The position numbers and the translations under genes are program-made. The notes under the pieces were generated by a model, which searched no databases, was not told where the DNA came from, and saw only the letters and a list, made by a program, of their open reading frames with translations. DNA of 61,716 nucleotides, filler included, from Basidioascus undulatus (Eukaryota), in assembly GCA_000826855.1 (NCBI GenBank). It is 10 parts of 10 records of this genome, joined end to end, with 100 filler letters (N's around TTAATTAATTAA, not from the genome) between each part and the next. Parts side by side here need not be neighbours in the genome. Positions count along the whole stretch, not along the records: positions 53,693 to 57,654 come from JTLS01002271.1; positions 57,755 to 61,716 come from JTLS01002272.1; 8 more parts are not named here. One strand, 5' to 3'. Positions 56,185-61,716 of this stretch are shown in pieces; within the stretch, counting starts at the first letter, position 1, and each line of letters starts with the position of its first letter.

Positions 56185-57578
56185 GATGGGATGGGATGGG
56201 TGGGATATCGGCTGAGCTGTGTAGGTGACTAGTTGACAAACGCGGCGGGATGGGACGGTGATCGTGCGCGAGAAGGCAATTCGGCTGCTGCCGGTCACGA
56301 CTTCGCCGAAGAATAGGGTGACAGAGGGTACGTGAAAAATACGCCAAAATTGTGTTTGTCCTGCCACATTTTTATGCTGAAAGTTGAACTGTGAGCAGCT
56401 AGCAGGGCACGTTCGAGGACTGTCGTTCCGCAGGTGGACGATATTATCGATGGCAGGGGCGCAGAGGGACAGTTCTGCATCTGCTTGTTCTCTAATGCGA
56501 TCAGTTTTAGTAATATATACTACATTCTCATCGTGTTTATGAACTGTACAGCGAGCTCGGTGGACCTGGAAGCAAGCTGCAGGACGACACTGGAAGGTGC
56601 AGCGGTAAATCATCGGAAGAGTCGAAGGTGTTCCAGAAGGTCGTTTCTCAGGTTCTAATTGACATATTTATACCCAGCAGTTTGCATGGTTGTTGAACGC
56701 ACTGATTGCCTGGAAGAGGAGAGGTGTCAAAACTTCATGGATTGCACGATGACTAAGCGGACTCACACAGCCACGCAGCCACGAGGCCAGCAGCGTCAGC
56801 AGCGTGAGCAGGTTGTCTTCATCCATCATCCCCACCATGAGACAGCTGCAGGATCAACGCATTGAAGTTTCGTTCCGATCATCATCGCGTTCAATCATGT
56901 CTCGGCTCGCAAGCAGGCCCGACCTGCCTTGCTCGCATCAATGTCGATCGAATATCCATCTTCGCCGTCCTTCCGTCGACGGCCCGTCCTTGGTCTCCGC
57001 TTCCTCGCCCCTCTCCTCGCGGGCGAAACATGCTTCTTCCTGCCAGTGGATCACTCACTGCCTCGTGTAACCATGATGCTGGGGGATCGTTCGACCTCGA
57101 GCTCGTAGAAAATCTGCTCATATTCTCACCTCGTCTTTCCTGGACGAGCTCTCCTTCTCCGTCGCGCTGTGTACTTCGCGCCAGTACAATACGGCGGCTG
57201 CGAGAAGACGTGAGTTCGCCGCGCTCGCCCCTCGCCCGCTCATTCAGGTAGATGTTCGCCGTCGCCCAGTCGCTGTGCTGTGGCCGAGCGCTAACTTGTT
57301 CTCTCTCCGCCCTTGCCAGCCCAGCTTTGCGCACATCTCGCAAATCATGTCGCTGCCGCAATATCCGACTGACTAGATATTCACTCATCCTCGTCGCTCG
57401 CTCCTTGTGCTGCGCCTCGCGCTGCCTGCCGCCTCACATCTTCTCTCCTCTCTCTCGTCTTCCTTCCACCCCTCTCTCTCGGTGTGGATTCGGATACACA
57501 CGAACGACTGGCAGAGACGAGAAACGCCGCTACGGCTGACGACCCCCTAATCGCACGAGCACACGCACGAACACCAAA

Positions 57579-57654
57579 ATGTCCCGCACGCAGGACGACG
57601 CCATCACGCCCGCCTCCCCTCCCTCTCCCCGCCCTCCACCAGCTCCCCCCTCCC
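57579..57654 (+). CDS. 5' fragment of a hypothetical gene cut by the contig end
   Basis: CAAA-ATG context; MSRTQDDAITPASPPSPRPP open to the linker. Confidence 0.3.
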
Positions 57655-57754
57655 NNNNNNNNNNNNNNNNNNNNNNNNNNNNNNNNNNNNNNNNNNNNTT
57701 AATTAATTAANNNNNNNNNNNNNNNNNNNNNNNNNNNNNNNNNNNNNNNNNNNN
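57655..57754. other. Artificial contig linker
   Basis: Same 100-nt spacer. Confidence 0.98.
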
Positions 57755-58780
57755 AGGTGAGGGAGGTGAGGGTGGTGGGCGGCGTGGATGCGCGGGTGTC
57801 GGAGGAGACATTGCGAGGAGCGCGAGAGCATCACCCGGCATCACCCATCACAGCCGGGGGTCGGCGAGGGGGGCAGAGGCGGAAAGAGTGGCGCGCTATG
57901 GGGGCAGTAGGTCAGTCAGTTTGCGTGCATCCAATGGACATGAAGTAGCTAGTGCAGCAGAAAAGATGGACTCGGAGCCTGCTGCACAGTCGTCCTAGGG
58001 TCCTCACATAGGATTCTAAACACCTATATGCCCTGACAGCGCACGGCACTGAGCACTGCAGCAGTTCGCCCTGCCAGGAGAGGCGGCCAAGCTGACGAAG
58101 GAACAGAAGACGATTCGCCCTCTGCTCTGAAGATCAGCCCTCAGGAGCTCTCGCAAAGGAGATTTGGTTCGAGCTCACCAAAAATTGCACCAGCAGTCTC
58201 CTTCCCGTCGAATTCCGCCAATAAAGAGTGCAAGTGCAAGGGGTGAGTGGTGCAGCTGGACAGAGGTGAGCGCGAAGGGCAAGCGCGAAGGGCGAAGACA
58301 CGGCTCGCGGGCGCCGCCTCGGCAATGAAATTGGCTAACACCGCAATTCTAGACTGGGCTGCTAGCCTTCCATATCGGTGTTAGTCTAGCATTCAAATTG
58401 CCTCCGCTTGCACGTTGATGTTCGAATCTCAGCCGAGTTGGGAGTGCCTGCCAGCAACCCCTCCGAGAGCGTCTTCCTCGTCGCCGCACCTGTTCCCCTT
58501 TGCCGCTCTGATCGTCTTCCTGGCTCGCCTGGCAGTCAGTCCCACCGAATCCGTCCTCCGACCTAGGATCGCCCGTTGACAGAATCCCGTAATTCGGCAG
58601 TCTTCAGTTCTGTATTACGCACTACCTGTCACGACCTTCCTTTTCGCGGGCGTTCAATCTCGATCTCTTCCCAACCCTTCTTGCACCTAAAGTCAGTCCC
58701 CGACCTCCAGCCCGATCCCACCCCCTTTCCAGCTCTGACCGTCTTTCCTGAAACCCACAGAACACTGTAATCTCGACCTC

Positions 58781-61519
58781 ATGCGCGTCACCGAGAAGCT
58801 GGCCGCCGCCGAGCGCGAGAACCGGACCTGGTGGAGCTTCGAGTTCTTCCCTCCCGTACGCTGCTGCCCTCCTCCTTTCTCTTGCCCGCGCATTCGCAGC
58901 CGTGCTGATGGACTTGCGGAATGCGCACTGCACACACAGCGGACGGCGCAGGTGCGATAGCACTGTCTTCCTCGGTGCCTCACTTATCTAACTATCAGGC
59001 TCATCGTTTTGCCGGCCGGGCGTGCCGCGTCCAACCCAACAGGGCATGACCAACTTGCTCGACCGCATCGAGCGCATGCGAGGTCTTGGGCCCGAATTCG
59101 TCGATATCACTTGGTGAGTTCTACTTTTCTTTTTAAATGGGTTGGGAGGAGGGGGCAAAGGTGTTGACGTGGGCGTTGGGGCGGGGGTCGGTGCGGCCTC
59201 GTGCAGGAACGCGGGCGGCCGCACCTCCGACTTGACGACTGAGCTCGTACGGACATGCCAGGCCGTCATTGGCGTCGAGACGTGTATGCACCTCACTTGC
59301 ACGGGCATGCCTCGTGAGAAGGTCGAGGTGGCACTGAAGGTCCGTCTTCCCCTCCGTCGTGGCGCTCCTCTCCCCTCGCTCATCGTCGGAGTTCCCCGAT
59401 CCCCCGCACAGGAGGCTCGCGCATCTGGATGCACTAACATCCTCGCCCTCCGCGGCGACCCTCCGCGCGGCCAGAGCGAGTGGACATGTCCTCCGAACGG
59501 GTTCGAGTACGCGGCCGACCTCGTGCGCTTCATCCGTGAGCACTACGGCGACTACTTCGGGATCGCCGTCGCGGGCTTCCCCGAGGGGCACCACCAGCAG
59601 AAGGGCGCGGCGGACCGGGCGCTCGAGATGCAGTACCTGAAGGAGAAGATCGACGCGGGCGCGGACCTCATCATGACGCAGATGTTCTACGACTTTGACG
59701 TCTTCGAGCGCTGGGTCCGCGACGTCCGCGCCGCAGGCATCACCGTCCCTATCGTCCCGGGCGTCATGCCCATCCAGACGTGGAACGGCTTCCAGCGCGC
59801 GACCCAGATGGCCGACACGGCCATCCCCCAGAGCTGGCTGGACCAGCTCGAGCCCGTCAAGGAGGACGACGCGCGAGTCCGCGAGGTCGGGACCAAGCTC
59901 GTCGCGGACCTGTGTCGCAGGATCCTCGACTCGGACCTCGGCATCCGCGGCCTTCACCTCTACACGATGAACCTCGAGCGCGGCGTCAAGATGATCCTGC
60001 AAGAGCTCAACTGCATCCCCCGCGTCGAGGCGGTCAACCCCCTGCCGTGGCGTCCTGTGCGTCTGATTGTCTTGCGGTGCGGCCTTCTACTGAAAAAGAC
60101 TGACCCATTTGCTTTCCCACCAACAGTCCCTTACTCCTTCCCGCCGCTCCGAGACCATCCGTCCGATCTTCTGGTGAGCCTCATGGCGTCCCCTCGGTCT
60201 CATGCCTGGTTCCAGCTCGCCGACACTGACGTCCTATGAAACCTCATTCAGGGCAAACCGGCAAAAGTCCTACCTCTCCCGCACGGAGAACTGGGACGAG
60301 TTTCCGAACGGGCGTTGGGGCGATTCGCGGTCGCCCGCGTATGGCGAGCTCGACGGCTGGGGCGTGAGCATCAAGCACGAGGTGCGTCGCACCCCCTCCC
60401 TGCGCACAAAGCATCCTCCCTATTCACTTGACGCCTAACTCTTACCTTCTTCCCTCCCGGCGTGCAGCGCGACGAGGCCCTCTCCCTTTGGGGCACGCCT
60501 ACGCAAGTGTCCGACATCCGCCAGCTCTTCTCGCGCTTCTGCCTGGGCGAGGTCAAGTCCCTGCCGTGGTCGGACCAACCGCCCGCGCGCGAGACCAGCG
60601 TGATCAACCGCCAGCTCGCGCGCATGAACGAGCTCGGCTACCTCACGATCAACTCGCAGCCCGCCGTCGACGGCGCGCGGAGCGACGACCCGACGCACGG
60701 ATGGGGCCCGAAGGGCGGGTACGTCTATCAGAAGGTGCGTCGTACTCTTCTTCTCTTCCCCGTGTTCTCTTTCTCTTTCTACGGACTGCACTGACATGGT
60801 GGGATGGATTCTGGGGACGCTCTTGTCAACAGGCCTACCTCGAGTTCTTCGTCTCGCCCGAGATGCTCGCGGCGCTCGTGAAGCGCATCGAGGGCGACCC
60901 GATGATCACCTACTATGCTGTGAACAGGCGTGGCGACCTGCGGACCAACACGCACTCGGAGGGCCCCAACGCCGTGACGTGGGGCATCTTCCCGGGCGCG
61001 GAGATCGCCCAGCCGACCATCGTCGAGGCAGTCAGCTTCATGGCGTGGAAGGACGAGGCGTACGAGCTTGGATACCAGGTGCGTTCGTTGCGTGATGTAT
61101 AGAGTGAGGATCTTAAGGGACAACTGCTGACGTTCGTGGATGCATGGATGCAGTGGAGCGGGATCTACGACGCCGAATCTCCGTCAAGAAAGCTTATTCG
61201 CGACGTAATGGACAACTACTTCCTAATGAACGTCGTGCACAACGACTTCCGGTGCGTCCTTGTACAGTTTCTACAATGCTTCTCTGATGGTTGCTGAGTG
61301 ATCCGCCTCGTGCACTCCAGGGACCCGCACGGCATCTTCAAGCCCTTCCTCGAAGACGGCTTCGCGCTCCCCACCAATATCGCCGCCGCCGCGGCAGCTG
61401 TGAACCCCGTCCCGGCTGTCGTCGATGGCGTCAAGGCCGCCGCCGAGACGGTCAAGGAGTCGGTCTCGCACCTGACGAACGGTGTTCCCGCTTCTCCCTC
61501 CGCCCCCGCATCCTCTTGA
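58781..61519 (+). CDS. MET13: Methylenetetrahydrofolate reductase, Met13-type; complete, multi-exon
   Basis: [115 protein letters not shown]. Confidence 0.95.
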
Positions 61520-61716
61520 ACTCTTTCCTCTCTCATCCTCTCCTTTTCGGGTTACTCGTCTTTTCGTGCTTCCCCGCGCTCATCTTTAACCGCATAATCG
61601 CATTCGTAGCTTCGACCTTTTTGCACCCCTAATTTTCTCCTTCTCCTCACCCCCGCGCCTCACCCGCTTCAACAGTGGGTCGCGCACCCGCCCGGCGTCA
61701 ACCGCCACCATCTCCC

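Noticed and set aside
59133..60002. Long antisense and alternate-frame ORFs over MTHFR, and likewise over VTC4, the ABC gene and 8086-9066
   Set aside because: Expected shadows of GC3-rich coding sequence, with no independent motifs.

Overview
Intron-rich, high-GC fungal nuclear DNA. The dominant GTGCGT/GTGAGY/GTCCGT donors and CTGAC/CTAAC branch points suggest a basidiomycete, probably a Pucciniomycotina-type yeast (inference). The window is not one locus. It joins ten contigs with identical artificial 100-nt linkers (44 N + TTAATTAATTAA + 44 N): one >=25-kb piece, then nine ~4-kb pieces in decreasing size order, so adjacency across linkers has no meaning. Recognisable genes, reconstructed by hand across introns: RMI1 (partial), a DUF3445 heme N-demethylase-like gene, an Fe/2OG dioxygenase, a HEIP1/REDIC1-like gene, VTC4, a YbjQ-like gene, two tandem C2H2 factors, CPT1/EPT1, a CASTOR-type ACT gene, RPB2, a PNPOx-like gene, MET30/SconB, an ABCC transporter, RTA1, MTHFR and a fluoroacetate-dehalogenase-like hydrolase. 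Best leads: (1) a 127-aa protein with four exactly spaced RHGG[TD]xxxH repeats beside VTC4; (2) a fungal dehalogenase with the full defluorinase active-site set, whose homolog-like sequence needs two GC-AG introns; (3) five candidate non-GT donors, including one GA-AG; (4) an alginate-lyase-family pseudogene whose middle ~1 kb is inverted between short inverted microhomologies; (5) a decaying F-box-like family with an SHPLAY-type motif, found on five contigs. All family assignments come from recalled motifs, not database searches. No rRNA, tRNA or CRISPR was seen.
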